This document shows positions 20,061-29,688 of a stretch of DNA of 64,000 bases, in pieces. The notes beneath the pieces were generated by a model. That model ran no database searches. It saw nothing but the letters and a program-made list of their open reading frames with translations, and was not told where the DNA came from. Position numbers and translations under genes: made by a program. Positions within the stretch are counted from its first letter, which is position 1, and every line of letters starts with the position of its first letter. Source of the DNA: Candidatus Poribacteria bacterium (lineage in GTDB: Bacteria > Poribacteria > WGA-4E > PCPOR2b); assembly GCA_965208675.1 (NCBI GenBank), contig OZ242351.1, forward strand, positions 1,984,001 through 2,048,000, written 5' to 3'.

Positions 20061-20498
20061 ATGCAAGATGTCAATTATTTGGCGGTGTTAGCCGCCGGAA
20101 TTTTTCCGATGATTGTCGGCGCGCTTTGGTATGGCCCGCTATTCGGTAAACGGTGGCTCGCGCTGATGGAAACCACAGCGGAGGAGATTCAAGAGGGATT
20201 CAACCCGTTGAAGACGTATGGTGGGAGCTTTCTGTTAGCACTGATTACCGCGTTTATCTTGGCGCAGTTATTTTCGGGTTTGGGAGACGCTGCTCGCGTC
20301 GTCTCAGTCGCCGGAAAGGGCGGGGACGCTGTCGGGGGTGTCTACTTGGCGCTTTTGGCACTTATCGCATTTATTCTCCCGGTCGGCTACCAGTCGCTCG
20401 CATTTGAAGGGCGTAAGGCGGGGTTGGTTTGGCTTAACTTAGGTTATAATGCGGTCGCGATTCTTGGGCAGGCGGTGATTATTGCGGTGTGGCGTTAG
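20061..20498 (+). CDS. DUF1761 family membrane protein
   Basis: VNYLAVLAA..IVGALWYGPLFGKRW, LNLGYN; four hydrophobic segments. Confidence 0.85.
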   Translation: MQDVNYLAVLAAGIFPMIVGALWYGPLFGKRWLALMETTAEEIQEGFNPLKTYGGSFLLALITAFILAQLFSGLGDAARVVSVAGKGGDAVGGVYLALLALIAFILPVGYQSLAFEGRKAGLVWLNLGYNAVAILGQAVIIAVWR

Positions 20499-21089
20499 GT
20501 TTGCCGCGGGAATGTCTGGACTGTGATTCGTGTGATTAAATGGTGGGGTGTGATTGGGGAGCACTTAACTTACTAGGGCGTGTTGACATTTGGCATCCCG
20601 TAGGTTGAATTGAACGGTTAAACGGCAGTCCCTATCAAGTACAAAGGAATCTTTTGTAACACAATCTGTTAGATTGTGATCCGAGCCCGCAAACTAACAG
20701 TTTGCGCTACTTATATCAGATTATCCAATGGTAACAACTCTTGCCGAATCAGTAGCCGCAAAATGTCAACAGAACCTAGCCAATCTTTGGGAAGGAAGGT
20801 TGGAAGACTGGAAGAAAAAATATAGCGCGGGTTGGTGGTCGGGAGGTTTTAATGCTGGAGACTGTAGGAAAACTATCGCCCTCCCTATTCGGTCGGTTGA
20901 TCGTTGGGTTTCGCTACACGCTATTAGCAATGAGAAATGTTCGCCGTCCGGAACGGTTAATGCTATCGGAACGGAATTGAATTTATCCGCTCTACCCAAC
21001 CTACAAAAACTAGCGAGTATGTTTCGCGATTCGAAGATTGCTCCTACCGAACCTGCAAGAACTATTACGTTAACTTTAATTAGGAGGAA

Positions 21090-21527
21090 TTGATGGCTGT
21101 TAATGTATACATTAATTTTGAAGACAACTGCCGCGAGGCGTTTGAGTTTTACCGGTCTATTTTTGGCGGGGAGTTCGCATTTATCTCGACGTTCCGCGAA
21201 GGGCCGGAAGAGATGGAAGAGATGCAGATACCGGAGGAACACCTTGACCGCATCATGCACGTCTCTCTGCCGATTGGTGACAGTGTGCTCATGGGCAGTG
21301 ACACGACGTCCGCGTTCTGCGCGCCGCTGGTCGCCGGCAACAACTTCTCAATATCATTTGAGGCGGACAGCAGAGAACATGCGGACGAAGTCTTCGCCAA
21401 ACTGTCCGACGGCGGCTCGGTGATGTGGCCGATGGCGGACGCCTTCTGGGGCGCATACTTTGGCACGTGTACGGACAAATTCGGCATCAACTGGCAGGTG
21501 CTCGCCGAGAATCCACCGCATGAATGA
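21090..21527 (+). CDS. VOC family PhnB-like protein
   Basis: YINFEDNCREAFEFYRSIFGG, IMHVSL, LMGSD, AFWGAYFG..TDKFGINW. Confidence 0.92.
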   Translation: MMAVNVYINFEDNCREAFEFYRSIFGGEFAFISTFREGPEEMEEMQIPEEHLDRIMHVSLPIGDSVLMGSDTTSAFCAPLVAGNNFSISFEADSREHADEVFAKLSDGGSVMWPMADAFWGAYFGTCTDKFGINWQVLAENPPHE

Positions 21528-21586
21528 GCGGGCACGCATCCATCGGCTCGAAATATTCACCAACTTTCATGGACGGCGAGACCGGC

Positions 21587-22051
21587 ATGTCGAAGATTGA
21601 TAACCCCGACATTGCACGCGTATTTGCGGGCTACCCGGCGGCTATGCGTGAAAAGATGCTACGCCTTCGGCAAATCGTCCTAGACACGGCATTGGAGAAC
21701 GAGGGTGTCGACGCGCTAGAGGAAACGCAGAAGTGGGGAGAACCCAGCTACCTCACCAAGGGCGGCAGCACAATCAGAATGGACTGGAAGGCGAGGGCGC
21801 CCGACCAATACGCGATGTATTTCAACTGTAACACGCCGTTAATCGCTACATTTGAGGAAGTTTACGGAGATGTGTTCACATTTGAAGGGAACAGAGCCAT
21901 TGTCTTCGGCGAGACCGACGAATTGCCGATTCCCGAATTGAAGCATTGTATCTCGCTCGCTCTGACGTATCATCGTGTGAAGCATCTACCGTTGCTGGGT
22001 GCTTCTCCGATACACACAGCGGAACATTTACGGAAAGAATCTCATGGATAA
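21587..22051 (+). CDS. DUF1801 (YdhG-like) protein
   Basis: EETQKWGEPSY, GSTIRMDWK, YFNCNT.L, FEGNRAI, ALTYH. Confidence 0.85.
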   Translation: MSKIDNPDIARVFAGYPAAMREKMLRLRQIVLDTALENEGVDALEETQKWGEPSYLTKGGSTIRMDWKARAPDQYAMYFNCNTPLIATFEEVYGDVFTFEGNRAIVFGETDELPIPELKHCISLALTYHRVKHLPLLGASPIHTAEHLRKESHG

Positions 22052-22652
22052 GATTGATTTCAAAAAGACGATGAAAACGCTATACCGCGCTACCAGTAAG
22101 GTGGAGCGCGTTAACCCGGGTATGGGGACTTTCATTGCTGTAGATGGGCGCGGGACGCCGGGCGGCGAAGCGTTCGAGAAGGCGATTCAGAACCTCTATC
22201 CGGTGGCTTACACCGTGAAATTCGCCCTGAAAAAGGCGGGAACGATCGACTTTGTTGTGCCGCCTCTTGAGGCGCTTTGGTACGACAATCCGGTCGACGT
22301 TCCTGACATGTCACAGTGGCGTTGGCGAACGATGATTCGTGTCCCGGAATGCGTGAGCAGCGAGAACTTGCAAGCGGCGCAGGATTCTATCTTGGACAAG
22401 AAGGGGACTGACACCTCCGATGTGCGGTTGGTAAAGTGGGAGGAGGGCGACAGCCTCCAGATCTTGCACATTGGACCGTACGATCAGGATTCCTTCGGAG
22501 CTATCTACGAAGAGCTTCATCGTAGTGCGGTCGCCGAAAACATGGCGCTGCAGGCGCCGGGGCATGAGATTTATCTCAGCGATCCACGCCGTACGGCGCC
22601 AGAAAAGCTCAAGACAATCGTGCGGTTGCCGATAGCGGGAGAGTCTCTGTAA
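22044..22652 (+). CDS. GyrI-like small-molecule-binding protein
   Basis: KIDFKK..K.LY, LYPVAYTVKF, VPPLEALW, LHIGPYD, HEIYLSDPRRTAPEKLKTIVRLP. Confidence 0.9.
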   Translation: MDKIDFKKTMKTLYRATSKVERVNPGMGTFIAVDGRGTPGGEAFEKAIQNLYPVAYTVKFALKKAGTIDFVVPPLEALWYDNPVDVPDMSQWRWRTMIRVPECVSSENLQAAQDSILDKKGTDTSDVRLVKWEEGDSLQILHIGPYDQDSFGAIYEELHRSAVAENMALQAPGHEIYLSDPRRTAPEKLKTIVRLPIAGESL

Positions 22653-22711
22653 TTTTCTCCGTACTTCACGCCATTTACACACGTTCATTTTCAAGAGGTT
22701 GCGAGATAACT

Positions 22712-23314
22712 ATGTCTAGTGAAAGAATTATCGAACTCGAACAAAATATCGGCGAGCTAATTGCCGAGCTCAACACACTGCGCAAGAACAACCTAGGGAC
22801 ACCTGTGCGCAACTACTCCTTTGCCACGCTGACCGGTGAGGCCACGCTACTCGAACTGTTCGGCGAAAAGGACAAGCTGCTGGCGATTCACAACATGGGG
22901 CAGGGTTGCCGCTATTGTACGTTGTGGGCGGACGGATTTAACGGCTTGCTCCCGCATCTAGAGACTGCCATGTCGGTTGTGCTGCTATCGAAGGATTCGC
23001 CGGAAGTTCAGCGCCGGTTTGCAAACGCCCGCGGCTGGCGGTTTCGCACCGCGTCGCACGGCGGCGGGGCGTATATTCGTGAACAGTCGGTGTACACCGG
23101 CGACGACAATTTCCCGGGCGCCGTGGTCTACGAACGGAACGGCGACACTATACTGCGCAAGAATTCGTGCGTGTTTGGGCCTGGCGACCTTTATTGTTCG
23201 ATGTGGAGCCTGCTCGGACTAGCGGGACTGGACGACGAGGACTGGACGCCGCAATACACGTATTGGCAGCGTCCGTCCGAGTTAGATGACGGCGGCGCGA
23301 ACGTGCTAGACTGA
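22712..23314 (+). CDS. DUF899 thioredoxin-like protein
   Basis: LLELFG.KDKL, HNMGQGCRYCTLWADGFNG (CxxC), FANARGWRF. Confidence 0.88.
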   Translation: MSSERIIELEQNIGELIAELNTLRKNNLGTPVRNYSFATLTGEATLLELFGEKDKLLAIHNMGQGCRYCTLWADGFNGLLPHLETAMSVVLLSKDSPEVQRRFANARGWRFRTASHGGGAYIREQSVYTGDDNFPGAVVYERNGDTILRKNSCVFGPGDLYCSMWSLLGLAGLDDEDWTPQYTYWQRPSELDDGGANVLD

Positions 23315-23347
23315 AAGCGGCAAAGCGCCGCTGCGACGACAACCGAA

Positions 23348-24328
23348 ATGACGCAAGACCTATTGACGCAGGCCGCCGCGGCTGCGAGTGACGGCGACCT
23401 TGCGGCACTCAAAGATTTACTCACCTCCTCCCCTGCAGTTCTCACGGCAAGAGATTCAGACGGGCGCACTCTGCTCGATTTCGCCTGCCGTGCTGCGACG
23501 GAAGACATCGCCATACCGCTGAAACCGGGCACGCCCGAACAACATGCCGCCGTTGACCTAATCCTTGAAGCGGGCGCCGACCCGTCAGCCTGCGACAAAG
23601 ATAGCTGGACGCCGCTGCACACCGCGGCGATGGCGGGTCACGCAGACCTTGCCAAACGTCTCATCGCCGCGGGCGCATCCGTGAAGTTGGAAGCTCACGG
23701 CAAGGCAGGCGCCTCTCCGCTTTCCTACGCGCTGTTTTACGCGAAAGCCTACATGGGAGAGGTGCTGGCGCCGGTCTATCCCGACAATCTACGCACGGCT
23801 GCGGCACTGGGGAACGACCTAGACCGGTTCGTCGGCGGTACGGCGTTGACACCGGATGCCTATCGCGGGCTTGACTTTTACGCACCCGAATTTTTTCCAA
23901 CGTGGGACCGCACGCGGAGCCGGCAGGAGGTGTTGGACGAAGCACTGTCTTGGGCAGCGCGAAACGACCAGTGCGATTCTATGGCGGCGTTGGTAGCTTT
24001 AGGCGCGGATGTCAATGCGAACGCATTCCGGGGCACGCCGCTGCTGTGGGCGTGTTACAGCGACAGGGTCGAAGCGGCGGCTTGGTTGCTGGACCACGGC
24101 GCGGACCCGGATTTCCGGCACGATTGGGGCGGCGAAGGACACGGTGAGGATGCCGCCGCCATGCATCTTGCCGCGCAATACAACTGCGTCGGCTGCTTGA
24201 ACCTGCTGCTCGACCGCGGCGCCGACCCGAGCATCGTTGACGGCGCACACAAAAGCACGCCGAAGGAGTGGGCTGAATATCAGGGTTCAGCCGAAGCTGC
24301 GGCGATATTGAAACGGCGAACCGGATAA
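23348..24328 (+). CDS. Ankyrin repeat protein
   Basis: GRTLLDFAC, WTPLHTAAMAGH, GTPLLWAC, AMHLAAQYN..LLDRGADP. Confidence 0.92.
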   Translation: MTQDLLTQAAAAASDGDLAALKDLLTSSPAVLTARDSDGRTLLDFACRAATEDIAIPLKPGTPEQHAAVDLILEAGADPSACDKDSWTPLHTAAMAGHADLAKRLIAAGASVKLEAHGKAGASPLSYALFYAKAYMGEVLAPVYPDNLRTAAALGNDLDRFVGGTALTPDAYRGLDFYAPEFFPTWDRTRSRQEVLDEALSWAARNDQCDSMAALVALGADVNANAFRGTPLLWACYSDRVEAAAWLLDHGADPDFRHDWGGEGHGEDAAAMHLAAQYNCVGCLNLLLDRGADPSIVDGAHKSTPKEWAEYQGSAEAAAILKRRTG

Positions 24329-24382
24329 CGCGGCAGTTCGAAATTTGTAGAGTCCATTGCCCACGCAACGGCAGTGCGTGTG

Positions 24383-24412
24383 TTGACCTATTCACCGGAT
24401 TTATGGTATAAT
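24383..24412 (+). promoter_or_regulatory. Sigma70-type promoter
   Basis: TTGACC-18 bp-TATAAT with extended TGn. Confidence 0.65.
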
Positions 24413-24456
24413 CCCGTGCTTCAGAAAATTTTGTGATTGTTTCGGCGGAGGAGACC

Positions 24457-24549
24457 ATGCCACTCAACAGGTATTTAAACTTCGCGGTCAACTGCCGCGA
24501 GGTGATTGAGTCGAGGATTTTCCCAAATGTCGGCAGAAATGAACCATAA
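24457..24549 (+). pseudogene. Remnant of a PhnB-like gene 5' end
   Basis: GGAGGAG RBS then MPLNRYLNFAVNCREVIE..., matching the start of the PhnB gene at 21090 (AVNVYINFEDNCREAFE), stop after 30 aa. Confidence 0.65.
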
Positions 24550-25009
24550 AGCTAAGTTGCGCACGTGTCTGTGGTTTGACAATCAAGGTGAAGAGGCTGC
24601 GAATTTTTACGTATCGCTATTGCCGGACAGCCGCATTGAAAGGGTTTACCGGCCCGATTCGGATGGCCCTGCGCTCGTGGTTGAGTTCATACTTGCCGGT
24701 GCGCCTTACATGGTGTTAAACGGAGGGCCTCACTACGAACTTAACCCAGCGGTGTCAATCTCCGTATTGACAAAGGATCAGGAAGAAACCGACGAACTGT
24801 GGGCGGCGTTAACCGCAGACGGCGGAAGCCCCAGCCGTTGTGGATGGCTTATCGACAAATACGGATTGTCGTGGCAGATTATACCGGAGGCATTGCCGCG
24901 GCTACTGGGTTCCGACGATAAAGCAGCCGCGCAAAGAGCGCACGACGCCATGATGAAGATGGGTAAGATAGACATTGCTGCGCTTGAATCTGCTTTCGAC
25001 GGTAAATGA
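24527..25009 (+). CDS. VOC family protein (3-demethylubiquinone-9 3-methyltransferase-like)
   Basis: TCLWFDNQGEEAANFY, LNGGPHY, DQEETDELW, CGWLIDKYGLSWQIIP, MMKMGKIDIAALE. Confidence 0.92.
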   Translation: MSAEMNHKAKLRTCLWFDNQGEEAANFYVSLLPDSRIERVYRPDSDGPALVVEFILAGAPYMVLNGGPHYELNPAVSISVLTKDQEETDELWAALTADGGSPSRCGWLIDKYGLSWQIIPEALPRLLGSDDKAAAQRAHDAMMKMGKIDIAALESAFDGK

Positions 25010-25233
25010 CGGATAACGCCGAAATGTTTGTATTAGCCGGATGCAGGAAAAACCTGCTGCTTTAGCCAATGTAAAAACATCGCTGTGCCAGAGTAAGACT
25101 GGATCCGAACGCATTTTCGCTCCGCACTATTCCACCTGGCTAATCGTCATTTGGGCTAAGTCGGGCTAATGTAATTGCCCGGTCTAATGACGCATATTGA
25201 GATGGACGCGAATAGAGGATTGGAGGAAGATTG

Positions 25234-25584
25234 ATGAGGGTCATGGTGCTGATCAAGGCAAATGAACAGTAGGAAGGGGGCGGCATGCCGTCGAAAGCGC
25301 AGATTGCCGCCATGGGAAAGTTTAACCAGGAGATAGTCCAGGCGGGAGTAATGTTGGGCGGCGACGGGTTGAAACCCTCATCAAAGGGCGTCCGCGTGGA
25401 TTGTACGGACGGCGGGCGGGTTGTTATTGAGGGGCCGTTTCCGGAAACGAAGGAGTTGATTTCCGGCTATTGGCTTTGGCAGGAAGAATCATTAGATGAG
25501 GCGATAGAGTGGATTCGGCGTTCTCCGTTCGAGGAAGGGACGGTTGAGTTGCGCCCGGTTTTCGAGCCGGAAGATTACCGGTAA
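25234..25584 (+). pseudogene. YciI/DGPF family gene with in-frame TAG at codon 13
   Basis: GGAGGA RBS, MRVMVLIKANEQ*EGGGMPS...GDGLKPSSKGVRV...EGPFPETKELISGYW; TAG at 25270-25272 in frame with ORF 25285-25584. Confidence 0.8.
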
Positions 25585-25632
25585 GCATTCGTGATTAAAC
25601 CGCGTTAGTTAGGAAGAGGGTGGAATAAAATA

Positions 25633-26067
25633 ATGACGGACGAGACAGGACTCAGCGGCGCGGCGATTATCCCGGGATTGCGTTATGCAGACGCGCCAGC
25701 CGCGATAGAGTGGTTGTGCGCAGCATTTGGCTTCGAGCGGCATCTTGTGGTGCCGGGTGAAAATGGCAAGATTGCGCATGCGCAGCTCACGTTTCGAAAC
25801 AGCATGATTATGCTGGGGTCGGGGCACGACGGGGATTACGATGCGCTGCTAATCCATCCGAAAGACGCCGGCGCTGTGACCCAGGCGCCGTATGTGATTG
25901 TCGATGATGTGGATGCGCACTGCGAACGCGCACGCGCCGCGGGCGCCGAGATTATTATGGAGCCGGCTGACCAGGATTACGGCGGACGCCTCTATAGCTG
26001 CCGAGATTTTGAGCGCCACGTATGGAATTTTGGTTCTTATGATCCGTGGGGGGAATTAGGCCACTAG
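25633..26067 (+). CDS. VOC/glyoxalase family protein
   Basis: PGLRYADAPAAIEWLCAAFGF, HAQL, DQDYGGR..CRDFERHVWNFGSYDPW. Confidence 0.92.
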   Translation: MTDETGLSGAAIIPGLRYADAPAAIEWLCAAFGFERHLVVPGENGKIAHAQLTFRNSMIMLGSGHDGDYDALLIHPKDAGAVTQAPYVIVDDVDAHCERARAAGAEIIMEPADQDYGGRLYSCRDFERHVWNFGSYDPWGELGH

Positions 26068-26184
26068 AGAAAAACCTAGGCGCGGACGCAGTGACACTCG
26101 CCCTACCCGAGGTGTTCTTCTCGGAGTTGGGTAATGTAGACATAGTAGGATTGAAGCGATTGGGTACCCGAAGCGCCGCGTGAA

Positions 26185-26991
26185 TTGCCATCGCCTCATC
26201 AAGAGCGACAGCGCGGGAGCGTATTTGTGAAGAGCTTAAACTCAGAATCTACGCGAGCGGGTCGGTCCCGACTCTACTCGTCAACCGCACTCTGCCGGGC
26301 GTTGCGGGCGGGTTTGCGGAAAAAAGCCGACCCGGAAATAGCGCCCGGGATGCAGGCGTACATGAAATCGGAGATGCCCTATCTCGGCTTGCGGGCGCCC
26401 GCGTTGAAAGCGGTGTGCCGGCAGGTCTTCGCCGCACACCCGATCACAACCCGAAAGCGCTGGATCGACACGGTTCTTGCGGTCTGGCGCGGTGCGGAAC
26501 ACCGTGAAGAACGCTACGCCGCCATCAATCTCGCGGATTACGACGCCTACGACGATTTCCAAACGCTTGAGGCGCTTCCCTGTTACGAAGAGATGATTGT
26601 GGACGGTGCGTGGTGGGACTATATTGACGCTGTCGCGCCGCGGCTGGTCGGCGGACTGCTCATGCGGTACCCTGACGAGATGAGAGGGGTGATGCTGGAG
26701 TGGGCGCACTCGCCCGACATCTGGAAACGCCGCTCGTCCATCATTTGCCAACTGAAATTCAAGGACAACACAGATTTTGATTTAATCCAAGCGTGTATCG
26801 AGCCGTCGATTGACCACCGCGAATTTTTCTTGCGCAAAGCGATTGCTTGGGCGCTGCGCGAATACGCCAAGACCGAGCCGGACGCCGTGATCGCATATAT
26901 CAGGGAGAACGCGGATCGGTTGAGCCCATTCAGCAAGAAGCAAGCGGTACGCCTGCTCATCCGGTCGGGCCGCATTGACGTCGTACCCTAA
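26185..26991 (+). CDS. DNA alkylation repair protein (AlkD-like); true start probably downstream
   Basis: MQAYMKSEMPYLG, REERYAA, GAWWDYID, EFFLRKAIAWALREYAK. Confidence 0.9.
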   Translation: MPSPHQERQRGSVFVKSLNSESTRAGRSRLYSSTALCRALRAGLRKKADPEIAPGMQAYMKSEMPYLGLRAPALKAVCRQVFAAHPITTRKRWIDTVLAVWRGAEHREERYAAINLADYDAYDDFQTLEALPCYEEMIVDGAWWDYIDAVAPRLVGGLLMRYPDEMRGVMLEWAHSPDIWKRRSSIICQLKFKDNTDFDLIQACIEPSIDHREFFLRKAIAWALREYAKTEPDAVIAYIRENADRLSPFSKKQAVRLLIRSGRIDVVP

Positions 26992-27100
26992 CGGGCTATC
27001 GGGATTCGGGCGAGAAGGACGTATGATTTGCTGTATCATTATTGGAGCTACGATACTCTTTTGATCGTGATGCCGAATTATTGAAAAAGGGAATACCAAT

Positions 27101-27544
27101 ATGACAAGATTTCATTTTTCAGTCGCGATTTCCGCGCCGCGATCGACCGTTTGGGACGTGCTGGTGGACGATGAGACGTTCAGGCAGTGGAACAGCGTTT
27201 TTTGCGAGGGTTCGTATTTTGAAGGTGACTGGAGCGCGGGCAGCACTATTCGCTTCCTCACGCCAGAAAAGAGAGGGTTGGTGGGGGAAATCGCGGAAAA
27301 TCGTAAGCACGAGTATTTGTCAATCGAGCACCGAGGGTGTATTATTGACGGCGTTGACAATTTCGAAAGCGACGACGCGAAGGCTTGGTCTCAAGCTTAT
27401 GAAAATTACACACTCACGGCAATTGATGGGGGCACCGAATTAACGCTCGATGCCGAAGTTCCATCGGCGTATAAGGCTTACTTGGAAGACGTATGGCCCA
27501 AGGCGCTGGCGGCAGTTAAGAAACTCGCTGAAACAATTAGGTGA
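27101..27544 (+). CDS. SRPBCC (START/Aha1-like) protein
   Basis: ISAPRSTVW, EGSYFEGDW..GSTIRFL, AYENYTL, WPKAL..VKKLAE. Confidence 0.88.
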   Translation: MTRFHFSVAISAPRSTVWDVLVDDETFRQWNSVFCEGSYFEGDWSAGSTIRFLTPEKRGLVGEIAENRKHEYLSIEHRGCIIDGVDNFESDDAKAWSQAYENYTLTAIDGGTELTLDAEVPSAYKAYLEDVWPKALAAVKKLAETIR

Positions 27545-27566
27545 CAGTGTGAGCAGCGAATCGCAA

Positions 27567-28016
27567 ATGAAAAAAACTTGGCATTCAATCAGAATTTCAG
27601 CGCCGCGGGCCGCCGTGTGGCGAGTTCTTCTTGAGGAGGCGACGTATAAAGAGTGGACGGCAGTATTTGCTGGAGGTTCATATTTTGAAGGCAACTGGAG
27701 CGAAGGCAGTACCATCCGATTCCTCACCCCAGAAAAGGACGGCATGGTCGGGGTGATTGCGGAAAACCGGGAGCACGAATTTGTGTCGATAAAGCACCTC
27801 GGCTATGTACACAAAGGTGTTGATGATACGGAAAGCGACGCGGTAAAGGCTTGGGCGCCCGCCTATGAAAATTACACGCTGAATGAGGTTGGCGGCGGTA
27901 CCGAGTTAGTGGTTGAAATGGAAATAACTTCGGCGGAGGAGGGCTATTTCGACGGTGTGATGCCCAAGGCGCTGAACATTATTAAAAAATTAGCTGAAAC
28001 ATCGGAGGAATCATGA
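27567..28016 (+). CDS. SRPBCC protein, tandem paralog
   Basis: Collinear with the preceding gene (GSYFEGNW..GSTIRFLTPEK, AYENYTL, PKAL..KKLAET). Confidence 0.88.
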   Translation: MKKTWHSIRISAPRAAVWRVLLEEATYKEWTAVFAGGSYFEGNWSEGSTIRFLTPEKDGMVGVIAENREHEFVSIKHLGYVHKGVDDTESDAVKAWAPAYENYTLNEVGGGTELVVEMEITSAEEGYFDGVMPKALNIIKKLAETSEES

Positions 28017-28411
28017 TTAGGAATACGTTTATTAACCTGCCGGTTAAAGATCTCAATGAAACTCGGGAGTTTTTCTCGCAGGTGGGGTTTGATTTTGATG
28101 ACGACTTTAGCGGCGAGGAATGCGTGTGCATGATCATCGCAGACGGGAGTTTTGCGATGCTGGTGGTTGAGTCGTTTTTCCAACAGTTTACCAAGAAAGA
28201 GATTGCCGACGCATCGAAGACAACAGAGGTGGTCACAGCGCTTTCTGCCGACAGCCGGGACGAGGTTGACGAGATGATGAGCAGGGCACTCAACGCGGGC
28301 GGCGCGGAACCGATACCGGTCGTGAACCAAGGCTGGATGTATTGCAGGACGTTCGAAGACCCGAATGGACACATTTGGGAAGTGTTCCACATGAGCCAAG
28401 GTGACGAGTAA
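28013..28411 (+). CDS. VOC family protein
   Basis: FINLPVKDL, LSADSRDEVD, MYCRTFEDPNGHIWE. Confidence 0.92.
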   Translation: MIRNTFINLPVKDLNETREFFSQVGFDFDDDFSGEECVCMIIADGSFAMLVVESFFQQFTKKEIADASKTTEVVTALSADSRDEVDEMMSRALNAGGAEPIPVVNQGWMYCRTFEDPNGHIWEVFHMSQGDE

Positions 28412-28517
28412 GTCACGGATATCAACACACATACCGCGCGGGGCTGAGAACAACGTCCGGTTCACGGCAACGATTTAGCGCCGTAAACTCCGCCCCGCGC
28501 CGAAAGGAAAAAATAAC

Positions 28518-28895
28518 ATGACTCAACACTACAACCCCGTCGGCTGGTTCGAGATTCCCGTGATAGATTTGGACAGAGCAAAACAATTCTACGAAGCCGT
28601 GATGGATGTGGAGCTTACGCTCATGACACTGGGAGCCGCGGAGATGGCGTGGTTTCCCGTTGTCGAAGACGCCATTGGCGCGGCCGGTACGCTTATTAAA
28701 GCGGAGGGTTGCACGCCATCGCACCACGGCACGTTGATTTACTTTACAGCGCCCGACATTGAGGGAACATTGGAGAGAGTCAACGCCAACGGCGGCAATA
28801 CGCTGCTGCCCATGACCAGCATCGGCGAATACGGTTTTATTGCACACTTCGAGGATACCGAAGGGAATCGGCTGGCGTTGCATTCTAGAGAGTAA
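28518..28895 (+). CDS. VOC family protein
   Basis: VGWFEIPVIDLDRAKQFYE, GFIAHFEDTEGNRLALHS. Confidence 0.92.
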   Translation: MTQHYNPVGWFEIPVIDLDRAKQFYEAVMDVELTLMTLGAAEMAWFPVVEDAIGAAGTLIKAEGCTPSHHGTLIYFTAPDIEGTLERVNANGGNTLLPMTSIGEYGFIAHFEDTEGNRLALHSRE

Positions 28896-28991
28896 CGTGC
28901 GGTAGGTTGCGATTAGGCGAGGGATTAGTGAGGGCAACAGAAGTCTTTTAGATTCATCTTCAATCATCAATTCGTAGGTAACATTGTTTCA

Positions 28992-29110
28992 AGCCCTGGA
29001 AGGGCGATAGGTATATAGAAATGCGAAGGCACTACACATTAAAGCCCCAGCGGGGCGGCAGGTATATCGTAGTTTTTGTAGGTTGGGTTGAGCCCACTGC
29101 GAAACCCAAC
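28992..29110. repeat. REP cluster (family A pair plus GTAG-type hairpin)
   Basis: AGCCCTGGAAGGGCGATAGGT, AGCCCCAGCGGGGCGGCAGGT and GTAGGTTGGGTT..AACCCAAC. Confidence 0.75.
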
Positions 29111-29144
29111 TCGCATACTTTGAGTCGCATTTAACGAGGGAAGG

Positions 29145-29633
29145 GTGATGATTGACGAGAGTTGGTACGAGCGTCCGCCCGGCGTTCCGGATCGGACGTC
29201 TGCAGGCGGTGTCGTTGCACGGATTGAAGATGGGCAGATTTATGTCGCGCTTGTCGGCGAGGTCGGGCTTTCGGATCGGGTTTTGCCGAAGGGCGGCGTG
29301 GAGTCCGGCGAGAGTCTGGAAGCTGCGGCACGCCGGGAAATCGAAGAAGAGGCAGGCTTATCATCGCTGGAACTGATTGGAAAAGTCGGCACACGCGAAC
29401 GCCTGTCGTATGACAGAGTTTGGTGGATTACGGCGCACTATTTCCTGTTTGCCACGGAGCAGGCGGCAGGTATTCCAACGGATGTTGACCACCACTACGA
29501 GCTGGCATGGTGTCCGATCGATAGACTGCCGGCGATTTTCTGGCCTGAACAGCGCGAACTGATAGAAACAAACCGTGACAGGATTGTTGGGCTTGTGGAG
29601 CGGCATCCCTTCACGGTGCGGCGAGAATCGTGA
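29145..29633 (+). CDS. NUDIX hydrolase
   Basis: Nudix box LPKGGVESGESLEAAARREIEEEAGL. Confidence 0.93.
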   Translation: MMIDESWYERPPGVPDRTSAGGVVARIEDGQIYVALVGEVGLSDRVLPKGGVESGESLEAAARREIEEEAGLSSLELIGKVGTRERLSYDRVWWITAHYFLFATEQAAGIPTDVDHHYELAWCPIDRLPAIFWPEQRELIETNRDRIVGLVERHPFTVRRES

Positions 29634-29688
29634 TTGTTTCGCAATCCGTCCGAAAACTAAGACGTGAGGACAAAGGAAGGTATAGACT

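Noticed and set aside
20728-21260. ORFs 20728-21093 (+) and 20766-21260 (-)
   Set aside because: They run through REP-like repeats or antisense to the PhnB gene and have no recognisable motifs.
19549-29633. Integron cassette array
   Set aside because: Some genes end in TAAC (e.g. ACCTAAC near 26985) but matching GTTRRRY ends and attC hairpins are absent, several genes overlap, and there is no intI.
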